A DNA stretch of 63,949 nt, the filler included, from Conidiobolus incongruus B7586 (taxonomy: Eukaryota), in NCBI GenBank assembly GCA_000697335.1. It is 6 parts of 6 records of this genome, joined end to end, with 100 filler letters (N's around TTAATTAATTAA, not from the genome) between each part and the next. Parts side by side here need not be neighbours in the genome. Positions count along the whole stretch, not along the records: positions 1 to 19,915 come from JNEM01006020.1; positions 20,016 to 25,431 come from JNEM01006025.1; positions 25,532 to 57,388 come from JNEM01006027.1; 3 more parts are not named here. The stretch is one strand, 5' to 3'. The translations under genes were made by a program, and so were the position numbers. The notes under the pieces are model-generated. The model was not told the origin of the DNA. It made no database searches and was given only the letters and a program-made list of their open reading frames with translations. Shown here piece after piece: positions 17,850 through 31,566 of this stretch (position 1 is the stretch's first letter; every line of letters begins with the position of its first letter).

Positions 17850-19915
17850 CGATATGATACTTAATAATTATTAAAAATTTTAAATATTTACAAAGGAAAT
17901 TAAGATATTTAAATTAAAGAGGTTTCTAAAACTGAATTGTTAATTGGTGTAAATGACCCAGGATTTCAATTCCAAATGATTGAAAATAAAAGTAATAAAA
18001 GATTTAAAATGATAATTGATATTGGAAAGAAGGTAAATGAAAAAATTCCAAATGTTTAACCTTAATTCTATTTTTTGTTGTTTCAACCAATCAGGTTCGC
18101 TTATTTTTCCCTCTATTTTTAATCACTAAATTCAAGCCAAGATAATCAATTTTATTATCTAATTCATATGTTCAAATTCAAAATTATTCAAATCCATTAT
18201 TAAGTTATTTGTAATTATTGTTTCTGTGTTGATAGTGCTTTATTATCAAGTCAGTTATAAAGTTATAATTATATCCTAGAGTAATTGATTGAAGTATATT
18301 CATTTTTCAAATGATAAACATGTAATTAATGAAATAATTACGGTTATTAGATTAATTAAAAATAAATCAAAGATAACAATAATGGTATCATCTTAGTATA
18401 AGTTAACAACATATGTACATATTTGTATATATTGGTAAAAAATTCTAATATATCAATAACCTTTAATAGTAATTTACATATTTAGCAATTTCCTGAATTA
18501 TAGCTTTCAACTTAAATAAATTATTTAAAATGAAGTGAAAATTATATTATAAGTATAAATGTATACACTTCACTCTAACTGTAATATAATTAGGTAATTG
18601 TTATTATTTTAATCAACTCTATTAGAACATTCAAAACAAAATTATCCAAACAATATTTAATGATATAATAATTTGCTCAATTTTTATTCCGAATTCATAC
18701 AATATTAAGCATATTGTTAAAATATTAATATTCATATGACTGGGTTTGAAATTTAAAATCTCATATTTAATCAATTTAACTGGTTAAGAAAATGTATTAT
18801 TTACATAGTCTAGATTTCATAGAAAAACTAACCTAACCAAGAATTTTCATTAATTCTGAGCATATCTATTAATGTTTAATTATGGCTTACATAAGCTTTC
18901 ACTTATAATTCAAATATTTGGATTTTTAATATATTATTCAATTCCAAACCAAATAAAATTAATATACCATTGTTATATTTAATTTAATTATAAACAGTTT
19001 TGAGTATATGTCTGCTTCTATGAAATAAGTGGAACCTTGTTGAATATTTATAATCATAAAAAAAGCTTGCTAAGTAAAAATAAAATTAAACTTCATATTC
19101 AGATTTTATTATATTTTTAATATCAAACAACTCTCTAATTAAAGATATTCCTTGATCTAATCCACAAAATAACAAAAAATGCTATATTAAAGCTTGCTAA
19201 ACAAACGAAAATACAGAATCATAAAAAATTAAAGGAATATTTAAAAAAGAACTACTTGAATATAAAATTTTTGAAAATATTAAATTAATATTTTAACTTG
19301 AACCTTATACAATTAACCTTGACAATTATAATTATACAAAGACATTATCTATTAAATTGTTATTCATAATAATATATATATATATATAATCTTTGTAAAT
19401 TTATCTTCAAATACTATTATAATATATTTTATTATAAAAGCGTAGGAATACCAATCTCATAACATAATCTAGTCAATTATTTTTATCCAATAAATATATT
19501 ATAACCTCATTAAAAAAACTATATAATAATATTTATATAAGGAAATTTAAAAATTTTAAATATTCAACATTAATTAAAATTAGTATTATGATTATCATTA
19601 AATAAAAAAATAAATTTAAAATCAGTATTTTAATAAAATAACATCAATAATATATTTTAAGCTAAGGGGCTAACAGCCAAATATTTTAATATTAATCAAT
19701 TCTAGTATATAAACAAATAGAAATTGAGACCTTTTTATAATTTAAAAATGAAATATTAAATTATTACTTAGAAATAAAGAATATTTATTGTATTATTTGA
19801 TAGAAATATCAAAACCTATCAAATATATATAATAGAATATTTTAATTAACTATTATTCCTATTATATATAGAAAATAATAAATACACTCCATTTAATATA
19901 TTTAAATAAAAAATC

Positions 19916-20015
19916 NNNNNNNNNNNNNNNNNNNNNNNNNNNNNNNNNNNNNNNNNNNNTTAATTAATTAANNNNNNNNNNNNNNNNNNNNNNNNNNNNN
20001 NNNNNNNNNNNNNNN
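19916..20015. other. Artificial contig linker (N44-TTAATTAATTAA-N44)
   Basis: 100-bp N spacer with a six-frame stop cassette; identical at five positions. Confidence 0.99.
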
Positions 20016-23000
20016 TAGAGATGGCACAATAGACTCTGTGCTTTATACGCCATACAATGAAGCAATTAGTTTGCTTCAAGCTCCAGATATAAATCTCAAA
20101 GATCCCACTATTGTTACGCGTTATAAGACTCTCTTCAACGAACTAAATCGGCTGTCATCACCTGATCCCAATAAACCGTCAGCTTATTTCCAGCCCGGCA
20201 TAACTGGTAAGAGAGATGATGATGAAAAGAGTTTAATAGATGCATTGGCATTTGTATCCAATCGAAACCTTGGGGACTATATTGCAGCTGTAGAAAACTA
20301 CTTCAAAAAGTACTATTCCTCTCCTGATGGATCATATAATGCCAAATTAATTCCCATCATCAATAAGATTAAAGGAATGCTCAAAGAAATGCTATCGAAT
20401 CCACAGAAAAAGCCAACTCCTCAGCAACTTCGAGATTTGCTAGAGCAGTTAGATTCTGAGCATAAACAATCCAATTTATCAGCTTATACAAAACCTGATT
20501 GGACTGGACAGCGCCACATTGACCTCCGAACTTTGCTCAGTTCGCTTAAAGTGGCTTCGAAGGATGTAAGCCACCAGGTAGCGGAATCTGTCACCGAGTT
20601 TATCAACAAATATTATCTCAATCAGCACGGTACTTTGGATTCATCGTTGCAAGAGATAGTCGATCAGCTTACCCAATTTGTGAAATCTTCAACTTTCAAT
20701 CCAGAGGATCATGTTGCACAATCTCTAATATCTAACTGGCTAAACAATCTTGAAATTAGCTATGTCAAGGCTCAGGACCCCAAAGCTGTTGCAGGATACT
20801 ATAAAGCACCAGCCATTACAGATAACAAAGAGGAAGATAAGCAAAAGCTATTGGAATCAATCAGCAGCATTAATCCTTACAACAAACAAGATGCAAACGA
20901 TGGTATCTTAAATTTTGTGCACCATTATTACGCCAGTAAAGAAGGAACGTTCAGCGGAAGTATGGTTAGGATTATTAATAGCATGCTCTCCTTGATTCAA
21001 TCCAATAGCTTTGATCCCTCAGATCCCAATAATAAAGAGAAAATGCGAGGTTGGCTGCTGCAGTTAGATAATGCGAAAATGGAGGCTGAAAAGCAGCCCA
21101 GTCAGTTACCTCCTTATAGTGAGCCTACCCTTACCGGAGATAAAGCCTTGGATCAATCCAAAATCATCCAATCCATTGATGGAGTGAACAAGGAGAACCA
21201 AATGGAATTTGTTGCATTTATTATTAAATACCTTAAAGACTATTTGGGATCCAAGGATATGACGTTCGATTCACAGGCTCATAGTATCATGCTTCAAATG
21301 ATCGATTATGTGAGATCTCCAGATTTCGACCCCAAGAACCAGCTGACAAAGGACCAGATCCAGTTTTTCTTTGATCAGTTAAATCGTATAAATGAAAAAT
21401 ACACAAATCCGAACGCGAATAGTAATGGATTCCCAGAGCTGAAATGGAAATATGACAAACAAGCAGATCTGCAAATGCTACTAGATGCTTTGAAATCTGT
21501 CACAGAAAGCAACAAACCCCAGGCAGTTAATGCAGCAATCCAATATATTGTCACTAACTACGCTCGAGAAGATGGCACCTTTGATCGAGAGGTACAAGGT
21601 TTCATCTCATCAATTATTAATGCTATCAAAAACCCCAAATTCAAAGGCACTGATGAACATGCCATCAACAACATCAAGTACTATTTTGACCAACTCGAAT
21701 ACAACTTCAGTATAAATAGCTATAATACAAAATTCAAATTCATTCCTCCAACTTTTTCCGGGGACTACCAATCAGATTTACATGCCCTTTTGCAAAGTTT
21801 AAAGAATATTAGAGATCAAGATAAACAGGAAGCGATTGATGCTGCGTGGCAGTTTATTCTGCAGCACTATGGATATGCTGGAGGCCAATTGGACCATTCA
21901 ATGGTCCCTATTGCTCAACAAATCTTAAAAGTTATCCAGTCTTCCAATTTCAAGGCATCGGATACCGATAAATTGGTACCATTGCTCGATCAGCTGCATC
22001 AAATCAAGCAGAAAATTCAGGAGATGAGTTCCTCTTCAGCTCCGTATGTTGCTCCAGATATATCCCAGGACAAGACTGCAGACACAGAAAATTTAATCAA
22101 TACATTGGGCACAATTAACAACTACAATCGTATGGATGCATATAATACATTTTATCGCTTTTTGATCTACTACTATGGGAATCCAGATGGAACTTTTCCC
22201 AACGCACTTAACCATTTAGCACAGCAGTTGTTGAATATCATTAAATCGCCAGAAATTGATCCCAATGACCCCAAGAATCGCGAGAAAATCCGTGAACTGC
22301 TCTCTCTCTTAGATAAGGCCAAAAAAGCGACTCAAGGAAGTCAAAGGCCGTTAGTGTATGATGCTCCCACTTTCACCGGCGATAAGCAAACTGACTTGCT
22401 GAAATTGTTAAATTCGTTAAAGAATCGAACGATGCAAATAAGCCTTTAGTAGTGGGTACTATTGAACAATTCCTAGAAAAGAACTACGCGGGTCCTGATG
22501 GTTTTATTCCTCTTGAAGTGGCTTCTTATGCAAGTGAATTTATTGGTTATGTACAATCTCCAGATTTTGATCCCTTATCGAACTATCAAAAAGACCTCAG
22601 AGCCATAGCCTTGAAAATGGATGAAGCATTCCAAGGATCTCAGAAACAAGCCACCGAAGGAGGATATCAGCCACCCCAATTAACGGAAAATAAGAATGAA
22701 GACCAAAAGAGGTTTATAGATTCACTTGAAACAGTCACGCCCTCAACCAAGGGCAATTGTTTGACATATTTGGATCAATTCCTATTGAAATATTACTCCA
22801 AGGATGATAAAACATATGATCCAGTGATATTGTCACAAATTGCACAATTGAAAAACATGGTGAGTTCCAGTACATTCGATCCAAAGGATAAGTTGTCAGT
22901 GATCAAAATCAGACGGATTTTCAATCAAATGGATGACATCATATACAAACTCAACAATCCAAAATCAAACACTTTCCCCGCTCCTAAGCTAACCGGAAAT

Positions 23001-25431
23001 AGAGAGAAAGACCAAGCTGCAGCTATCAATTCAATCAAATCCATTACTAAAGATAATCAGCAAGCAGCTGAGATTTTCTTTAACAATTTATTAAAGCAGT
23101 ATTATGGTCGATCTAATGGGGGATACGACATCAATATCTATTCCATAGTTGACAGTATACTTTCTCTTATCAAATCACCCAATTTGAATCCCAAAGATCC
23201 TCACACACAGGAGAACTTGTCAAAGCTATTCAAAACACTTGAAGATGCGGAAGCTTTGAATAACAATATTCGCACAACACCAATATATATTCCACCTTAC
23301 AGCACTGGAGACAAAAAAGTTGATCAACAAAGCTTCCTTTATTCCCTCAAAGAATTGAATCCATACACCAAACCTGGGGCTATCGAATATGCGAGAACTC
23401 TGCTACAATCACATTACGGGAATGCAGATGGTAGTATGGATCACAATTTGGTTGAGCATATGAATGAATTCCTTGAGCGTCTCAGAAAGAAAGACTTTGA
23501 AAAGGCCGACGATATTGATGTACAGGATTTAGCCGATATGTTAAACGAAATGGATGAAATTCAAGCCAAGTTGCTGGTTGAAGGTGAAGACCAGTTCAAA
23601 TCACCAAAAATTACAGGAAACAAGCAACGCGATATTTTCCATTTTCTTCGCCTGGTTCAATATATTAATAAGGGGAATCTGGAGAGTGCTTCACGTTATT
23701 TATCAGAATTACTCTCACACTATTACGGCAATAAGGATGGTAGCTTTGATTACAGAATATCTCTTCCCGTTATCCATATCAAACAGTTCTTGAAGTCTAA
23801 AGAGTTTGATCCTAGTAATCCTCTGAGCACATCGCGTTTGCGACAGATGCTTGACGAATTAAGCCAAAAGTCCAAGGAAATACAAGAAACCAGTAATCTC
23901 TCTCCACCATACCATTCACCTTTGCTTACAGGAAATTTCATAACTGATAAGACCAACCTAATGAATTCTTTATCATCTGTAAACCGAGGAAATCGTCAGG
24001 ATGCCATCAGTTTCATCACAACATTCTTGACTTCACGCTATGGTAAACAGGAGGGAGGCTTCGATTTAGAATTTGCACCCACAGTAGTTAAAATCAATCA
24101 ATTGATTCAGCCGTCTACCTTCGATCTGACGGATGCTGCGAACCAAAAGCAATTGGATGAGCTGTTCATTGAAATGGAGAAAGCACTGGAAACAAAAAAA
24201 GCTGCAAAGATTGCTGAACACTACATCACTCCTTCTCTGACAGGAGATCGTACCAGTAATCGACACAAAATCATCCAATCTCTTGCGAATGTCACCGATG
24301 CAAATCGACAGGAAGCAATCAAATTTATTATGAATTACCTTCCACAGGCATATGGCCGAAAAGATGGCAACTATGATCGTGCTATTTTCCCTCTTATTCA
24401 CGAATTCATCAATTTTGTTACCAAAAGCAGCTTCGACTTCCAAAACCAGGAAAACATTAATCAGATCGATTTTATGCTCATCCAGCTTGACAAAAAGTAC
24501 GAACAGTTACATAAGAATGACAATGCGAAGCCATATATTATACCTACCCTTACCAACGATAAGGCAGTTGATCAGAAAAACCTTCTTGACTCTTTCACTG
24601 ACACAGTCCAAACTCATCAAAATAAGGAGCAAATGAAGGAAGCTGTGATGCAGTTTGTAAACAAATACTATGGCCAATCTGGAGGGAGTTTTCATTTTAT
24701 GCTTCTCCCTATTCAACAGAGGCTCATCAGTATGATGGATGAAGATGACTATGACTTTACAACAAACGAAGGTTTAATGAAGTTGCGAGACTATCTGAAT
24801 CAGCTAAGTGTCGTAAATGACAAATCCAAGCTTAGCAATCCAACAAGTCCGTACACACCTCCAAAACTGACAGAGAATAAAGACCAAGACTTTAATATTA
24901 TCCTCGAATCATTTAAACAAGTTACTTCAGAGAATAAGTATCCTGCTATTGAGTTCTTGGTAGAGACTATGAGTAAATATTATGGAAAACCAGATAAGTC
25001 ATTTGATTATCAGATGCTTGAAGTGGTAAATAAACTCACTTCACTGCTCAAATCCCCAAGCTTCGATTTTTCTAATCCCGCGAATATTGCACAAATCCGT
25101 TCTATTTTGAAGGAGGCTGATCGAGTGAGTGAAGAGGCCAAAGTGCCTCAAATTTCAAAAGATCCATTTATTCCTCCTAAGTTTACTAATAATAGAGACA
25201 ACGACATTGAAAATGTGATCAAATCTTTGCAAGATCAAGATCCAAAAAATAAGGCTGATGTTCTCAATTTAATGAACGCTTTCCTAAAGCATCACTACAT
25301 TGGTCCTGATGGCAACTACAATATAAACATATTCCCATTGATCACAGAAGTGATTAATTTGATCACTTCTAGTGACTTTGACTTTAAAAAGAACAAATGT
25401 ATAGAACAGTTGCACTCGGTGATAAACCAAC
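20016..25431 (+). CDS. Giant intronless tandem-repeat protein (fragment, >1800 codons, truncated at both contig ends) with one apparent frameshift at ~22426
   Basis: ORFs 20038-22449 and 22452-25431 join into one repeat register if one base is restored near 22426 (SLKN.NDANKPLVVGTIEQF). The frame is open to both linkers. Confidence 0.85.
20016..25431 (+). repeat. About 18 diverged protein-level repeats of ~100-106 aa (~312 bp)
   Basis: Recurring consensus Y.PP.LTG(D/N)K..D...ll.Sl..v...N...A..f...fl..yYG..DG.fD......i..l...ikS..FDp.d......l...l.ql, counted by eye as 17 near-complete units plus 1 partial. Confidence 0.9.
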
Positions 25432-25531
25432 NNNNNNNNNNNNNNNNNNNNNNNNNNNNNNNNNNNNNNNNNNNNTTAATTAATTAANNNNNNNNNNNNN
25501 NNNNNNNNNNNNNNNNNNNNNNNNNNNNNNN
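25432..25531. other. Artificial contig linker
   Basis: N44-TTAATTAATTAA-N44. Confidence 0.99.
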
Positions 25532-25900
25532 GGTGACACTGGTGCCTATCTTCAATACGCTCACGCTCGTTTATGCTCCATTGAACGCAAGGTCAACTTT
25601 GAAGTCAACCCCAACGCCAACACTTCTTTATTAACTGAAAAAGAAGCTGTTGAATTAATTGACATCATCTCCAAATACCCTGAAACCATCCAAACTGCTA
25701 TGCAAAAGTTTGAACCTTGCACAATTGTCAACTATGCTCTCAAGTTAAGTCACGCCGTATCTTCTTGCTTCGAAGCCTTAAATGTCATGAATGCCGAAAA
25801 AGATTTGGCTGAAGCTAGATTACTCTTATTCTGGTGTGCTAAGGTCACCCTTAACAACGCTCTCCGCATTGTTGGTTTAGTTCCTCTCGAACGTATGTAA
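25532..25900 (+). CDS. Arginyl-tRNA synthetase, 3' fragment (DALR anticodon-binding domain)
   Basis: GDTGAYLQYAHARLCSIERK...EPCTIVNYALKLSH...ARLLLF...VGLVPLERM*. Open from the contig start. Confidence 0.95.
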   Translation, partial: GDTGAYLQYAHARLCSIERKVNFEVNPNANTSLLTEKEAVELIDIISKYPETIQTAMQKFEPCTIVNYALKLSHAVSSCFEALNVMNAEKDLAEARLLLFWCAKVTLNNALRIVGLVPLERM

Positions 25901-26439
25901 ATTCCTTTTCATACCCTCTCCATTTCATTTTTGAATTTAGGTACAATACTCGTAGAAACCAATTAAAAATTTTAAATTATATTCATTTTGATATATTATG
26001 ATTTTGGTATTTATCAAACATACTTTCAGTTTTAAAATGATATGTTGTGATGTTTATTAGCTTTTCACTAAAGCTATTTAGATAGATTATCTCACTATCT
26101 GTTACATATCTAAATTTATCCAATTTTCATCAAATATATATAACATAATTTAGAAATTAGAATTTGAATTGAAAATAACAAGTTTTGATTTCTCATTTAA
26201 ACACATTCATATATTTGTGTATTTTGATTACAACAATCATTTATACTATTTTAATTGTATTTTTAATAGGAATATCCAATGGTAAAAATGATTTAAAGGT
26301 CTAATATATAATATAAATAATGTTTTATATTTTTAATAATACCCATTAGGTATCTCAAAAATAACAATTATCTATTATATTTTTTTAAGAATAAAACCAA
26401 TGTTCATTGTTTGAGTGATGAGAAAATTTATTAAAAATG

Positions 26440-26454
26440 AGAAACTTCTAGATT
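26440..26454 (+). promoter_or_regulatory. Possible heat-shock element upstream of HSP10
   Basis: aGAAacTTCtaGAtt has two perfect and one imperfect nGAAn inverted units, ~165 nt before the HSP10 ATG. Confidence 0.35.
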
Positions 26455-26612
26455 TGTCACGATATGTTCTTATCCATTGAAATGATGAATTCCCATAATA
26501 GTTTTGGTAATTTGAGCATTAATATTTAAGGAATATTCATTTGTTGTCAATTTAATTAAATTGTATTGTAAATTAACAATTAGAATTTCATTATTTAAAT
26601 TTTTATATAAAA

Positions 26613-26921
26613 ATGGCTGCTCGTCAAATTAAAAAACTTATTCCCTTAGCTGACCGTATTTTAATCCAAAAGGTCAAGCCCACTCAACAAACCGCTGCCG
26701 GTATTTACATCCCTTCCAAGGCTCAAGAATCAGTTAACGAAGGTAAAGTTATTGCCGTCGGTAAGGGTATCACTAAGCCCGATGGTACTATCATCCCTCT
26801 CTCCGTTAAGGAGGGCGACCATGTATTACTCTCCAAGTACGGTGGTACCCCCGTTGAATTCCAAAATGAAGAACATTTGATCGTCAGAGAAGATGATATT
26901 TTGGCCATTATGGAACACTAA
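26613..26921 (+). CDS. HSP10: Mitochondrial chaperonin 10 (GroES-like)
   Basis: PLADRILIQK...TAAGIYIP...GKVIAVGKG...VKEGDHVLLSKYGG...IVREDDILA. Intronless, 102 aa. Confidence 0.98.
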   Translation: MAARQIKKLIPLADRILIQKVKPTQQTAAGIYIPSKAQESVNEGKVIAVGKGITKPDGTIIPLSVKEGDHVLLSKYGGTPVEFQNEEHLIVREDDILAIMEH

Positions 26922-28415
26922 TTAACTTATTACTAATCATAATAAATTTTAAAAATACATTTATTTATTATTACCTCATCTTATGACGTTAAATTCAACT
27001 TTTCATGCAATTTATATGTTATATCATCTGTCAATAATTAAGTATCATCACATTATAACTATTAGATATATTGCTAATAATATTATATATTTAGAGATTA
27101 TATATCACCAAACGAACCTTTCAATTATAATAATATTCTAGTTGGAAGATATACTCTTGCAATAATTAATCACACGATTACTTGATAAATAATGACAATA
27201 TAGCTTTTATAATTAATTTATAATAAATATTTAATGTTAACTAAATTTTCAAATATTAGGATTTTAAAATGTGAATTTGCGAATTTGATTAATATTTTTT
27301 AGATAAGCATGAATTATTGTGAATGTGACTATATAATATTATGAAATAGAGATACTCATGGAAATGGTTTAATATATTTAATAACTAGATTGGTACAACT
27401 TAACAATATAGTAATTTATTATATAGTGAATTTACAATTCATTAAGTAATTAAATATTCTTTATATTAAACAATATTATATTCCATAGACACTGATTCTG
27501 ATTAATTAGATTAAGCATTATTATATTTTATATTCTAACATTAGATAATCATAGATATTTATATACAACAAATATCCAAAAATATTTTTAAGAATATAAT
27601 ATAATTTAGAGAGAAAGTAGCATTATATTCTTTAGTATTAACAATAATGATTTATATAACTTCCAACAAAATAATAGTTGATAAATAATAAGTTCATTTT
27701 ATATAAACAGTTAAAATTTTGTGTCTGTTTAATTTTTAAATTCAGAAATTCTGATCATGACTATATCAAATTCGTAAAACTCCATATCCATGGATCAATT
27801 ACCCCATCTAATGACTATCGTTTAATATTTTATCATTTCCATTCAATAAAATATAGAATATATATTTTCTTTAATCATATGATAGTTAATATTAAATTTT
27901 TATAGAATTTTTAGTTTTTAGAGTTTTTATCAAAAGACATATTTAACTGCGATTTGAGTTCAGCTCCATATATAGGTTGATAAGTATTGTTAATAGATAT
28001 AGATCTGATTTCTCATCTATTGTTTTTATACAAAATAATTCATAATGTTAGAGAATATTTTCATATAATATTCTGAATGAAGCTATATCTCACAATATTT
28101 AAACTTTCAAGAAAATTGGTTATTTTGATAAATTGAATGCTAAAATTTAAAGTAAAATAAACTATTTCTAAATCGAGACGTTGCTTGATTGATCAATTTG
28201 AATCAATTGCATATCAAAGTTGGCTAATTTAGGATGCAATTAACAGATCTTTGTTATTCAGAAGATAAAATTGTTCCAATTTAAACCCTTTTTCCAATAT
28301 TCATTAAGTCATATAAAAAGTTCATGATTATCTTTCTCTTAAAATTAAACAATCCTTTAATTAATAAATAAATAATAAAAGTCTATAATTAATTTTAAAT
28401 ATTAGATAATCTTAT

Positions 28416-31111
28416 ATGACTCAATCTAGAGCTCCTCCTACTATTCGTTTTGAACAAGACACATTTGAAAATAACAATAACAATAATAACAATACTCAGA
28501 TCCCCAATTTAAGACCAAGAATTTTCATAGGGCCCCCATACGATTACTGGTTTAAAAAAACTCACTCTTTTTCTCTCACTAAATTGAGAACTACAGATAG
28601 CGATGTGAATTTGTCACCTACTCTGAATTCTGAAACTTTATCCACCGCACACCAAAGCTTTTCTACTCAATATTATGGGCAAGGATCTGTTAGAGGAAAT
28701 TTTCCTGATAGGAAGCATAGTACAGCGAGGAGATCTGACTTTTCACCTACTTTAAACATTAATTCAAATACTTTGTAATATTATTCAATCTTAAACTTGA
28801 TTTTCCAACTAACTATTTTTGTAGCCTCTCTCCTAATATCCCGTCACCTGCACCTATTTCAAGATCTACAACTTCTAATTTTGTGTTGCCTAATTTATTT
28901 TCGGAAAATTCCTACTCTTTTCCATCTTCGTCATACACTGGACCACTCAGTCCCAGTTCAGCACCACACACATCTATTCAAATTAGTGAAGAAGTGGATT
29001 TAAACCCCATTTTCCCCAATACTTCCTTAAGATGCAGAGCTTTAGTAAGGATAGAAGTTGCTAAAACTGGTTTCATAGGATCTGGTGGATATCAGAGAGA
29101 CAAACTAAACAGTATTGAAAAAAGGAGCCTGGGTTGGAAAGAATTTTTACTTGTTTGCGATGATAAGCAGCTGAAATTTTATAAATCTCATAATAGCTTA
29201 TTTTTAACTTTAGAACTCAATTCTTCGAATTTAGGATTATCTGTTTTTAGTCCGTTGGAGTATACTTTAGCTGTTACGAAATTTGAAGACGCCACACCTC
29301 CACATGTTATAGCATATATTATTCAATTTCCTACACCAAAGCTGTCCAAAACATGGTATTTATGGATCCATAAATATATGTGCAAGCCACTACCAATTCC
29401 CAATCAAATAACCGTCTTTATACCTGAAGTTAGCTATCGAATTCAGGTTTTTGTTAACAAACGAGATTTAACTGTCTGGGAGGTAAGAGACACAGTGATA
29501 CAAGCTCTACAAGATGATCCACAGGGTGAAGCACTCGTGTCAAGGTGGCAATCTCAAGATCCTCCTGGAGTAGCTTGGAAGAGATTGGACGCATTTGAAT
29601 GGGTACCTGAGTCTAGTAATACCTTCCCATCAAATCGTATTATCGATTATATTGTTTCGCCTCAACTAATTGAGCATACACATGAGTTGCATATATTAAC
29701 CCGAACCAATCCTCTCCTAAAACTCACTAGAATGCTTGAACCATATTCTACTGAAGGATTCATGATATTTCGAGGCTTAAATAAAGAAAAGGCAACCTTT
29801 TCTTTTATAGATCGAAAACTTACGGGAAATCTAAGGGAAGGGCAGCCTTACTATATTTCAACTTTTAGTAATTTTATGACTTATACATCAGCTTGGAAGT
29901 TTTCTAAAAATTACAAAAAAGCTCTTTTATCATCAAGTTCTTCCTCCGCCATTTTATTGAATCCTAGTTTAACCTTACCTAGCTGTACCATAACTTCTTC
30001 CCAAAGACCGCCCTTGCCAAAACTTCGAGGTCTATGTAAAGATCCAAATAATCAGGATTTGACTCATGATCTAAGGCTATTGAGAAATGTTGACGGATTA
30101 CTTGATTTCAAAGAAATTAGCAGAGTTCAGCATGTTGAACAACCCAGATCAGGTGGTCGAGATCCATGGATTGAAATTATTTTAGTAAATGATGAATCTA
30201 TCTTTTTTGAAGTATGGAATTTTGCTGCTGTAGACGAATGGGTGTTCAATATCAATCAGCTAATCGAGTATTGGAAGAGTTTTAAACAGATTGAGCATGA
30301 ACAATTTGTTGAATATTGCCAATTCAACCAACAGCTAGTGAATGTAACATCTCCAACTCATCATCGAGATATTATGGATGTTCCCACTCACGGATATTTA
30401 GACCCTGTTGGTACATTAGCCAATCCTTCTTTATGGACTTATTTTGATCAAAATAACCCCCAACCGGTTCTAAAAAGCGGTGTGTTATTTGTAAAGCATC
30501 GTGTCCACTCGGTTTTCATCAAAATGATGGTAGTTTTAACACTGGATGCAATTCATTTCTTCGAACCTACCACAGCTCCCTATAACGTTGACTTGAACAC
30601 GAATGGTATGCCGGAATCAGAAAGTGGATCGCTCAATTCTAGAATGAATTTCTTAGAAGATACTAGACAATTCTTGCATTCCAGAAATTATAAATACTCT
30701 CACCTCGCTACACTTCCATTGAAGAATTGCTTTATCTATACTAAATTTAAGCCGGATTTGGCATATTCAGTTAATCAACCTTTACCATGTTATTATCCCG
30801 ATCAGCTTACTATCACCGACAAAGAAGAGGACTGTATATTCACAGTATACAAATCTCATCTGAGCTACCTCTGGCCCAGCGAGAAACGTCGCAAAAAGAG
30901 AGCAAGACTAGGCAATTGCTGGGATTCCTTCTATCGCTGGTTCCAATTAGGGCATCATAGCTTCTGGCCCTGGAATTGGTCCAAAGGATCTGAAAGAGGA
31001 GTTGGAGAGAAGCGAATATTCCTAGCTAGAACTCGCCTAGAAGCTGATCACTGGGGCCACATGATTCAATTGGCAATCGACTACTGGCAACGAAAAGGTC
31101 ACTGGGAGTAA
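28416..31111 (+). CDS. SPO71: Spo71/Mug56-like multi-PH-domain protein (intron 28775-28824)
   Basis: The 50-nt GT-AG intron joins ORF 28416 in frame to the 742-aa ORF. Motifs RIFIGP, GVAWKRLDAFEWV, THELH, EPYSTEGF, KSGVLFVK, PCYYPD..DKEEDCIF and IFLARTRLEADHW resemble conserved Spo71/Mug56 blocks. Confidence 0.75.
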
Positions 31112-31566
31112 TTTTAAACTACTTTTTAAATTATACAAAAACATATAGTTGTTATAATTTAGCAAACTTTGTAAGATATATAATAAATAATCCATTATCA
31201 TATTATTATAATTGAAGGTGATAGCATTTTTAATTTCAATAATATACAATAAACTTTGTACACCCTCTAATTATTTTTTAGATAGATCTCTAGAGAAATA
31301 ATTTGAAAATGCTGTTGCTATTAAATTGGTTGTAGTTTTAAAAATGGTAAATCAAATTAGATAATTCTTGAGTTTTATTAATTTTAAAATTACTAATCTG
31401 GTTAAGTTTTATAAATTTGTATTTATCATGATGCTTCATAGCTTAGATAATATTCAAAATCTTTACATTAAAATATTTAAATTTATAATTTATTATTTGT
31501 CAGTTTGAAAATTAATTAATTTGAATTTATAAAACAATATTTTATTATTCAAATCGAATAATGAAA

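Noticed and set aside
22420..22452. Programmed ribosomal frameshift in the repeat gene
   Set aside because: No slippery sequence or stimulatory structure is evident. A one-base deletion explains the break.
27678..27905. 75-aa ORF, and similar ORFs at 31037-31249 and 51406-51603
   Set aside because: F/I/K/N/Y-rich translations expected from AT-rich non-coding DNA. The last lies antisense within the mariner relic.
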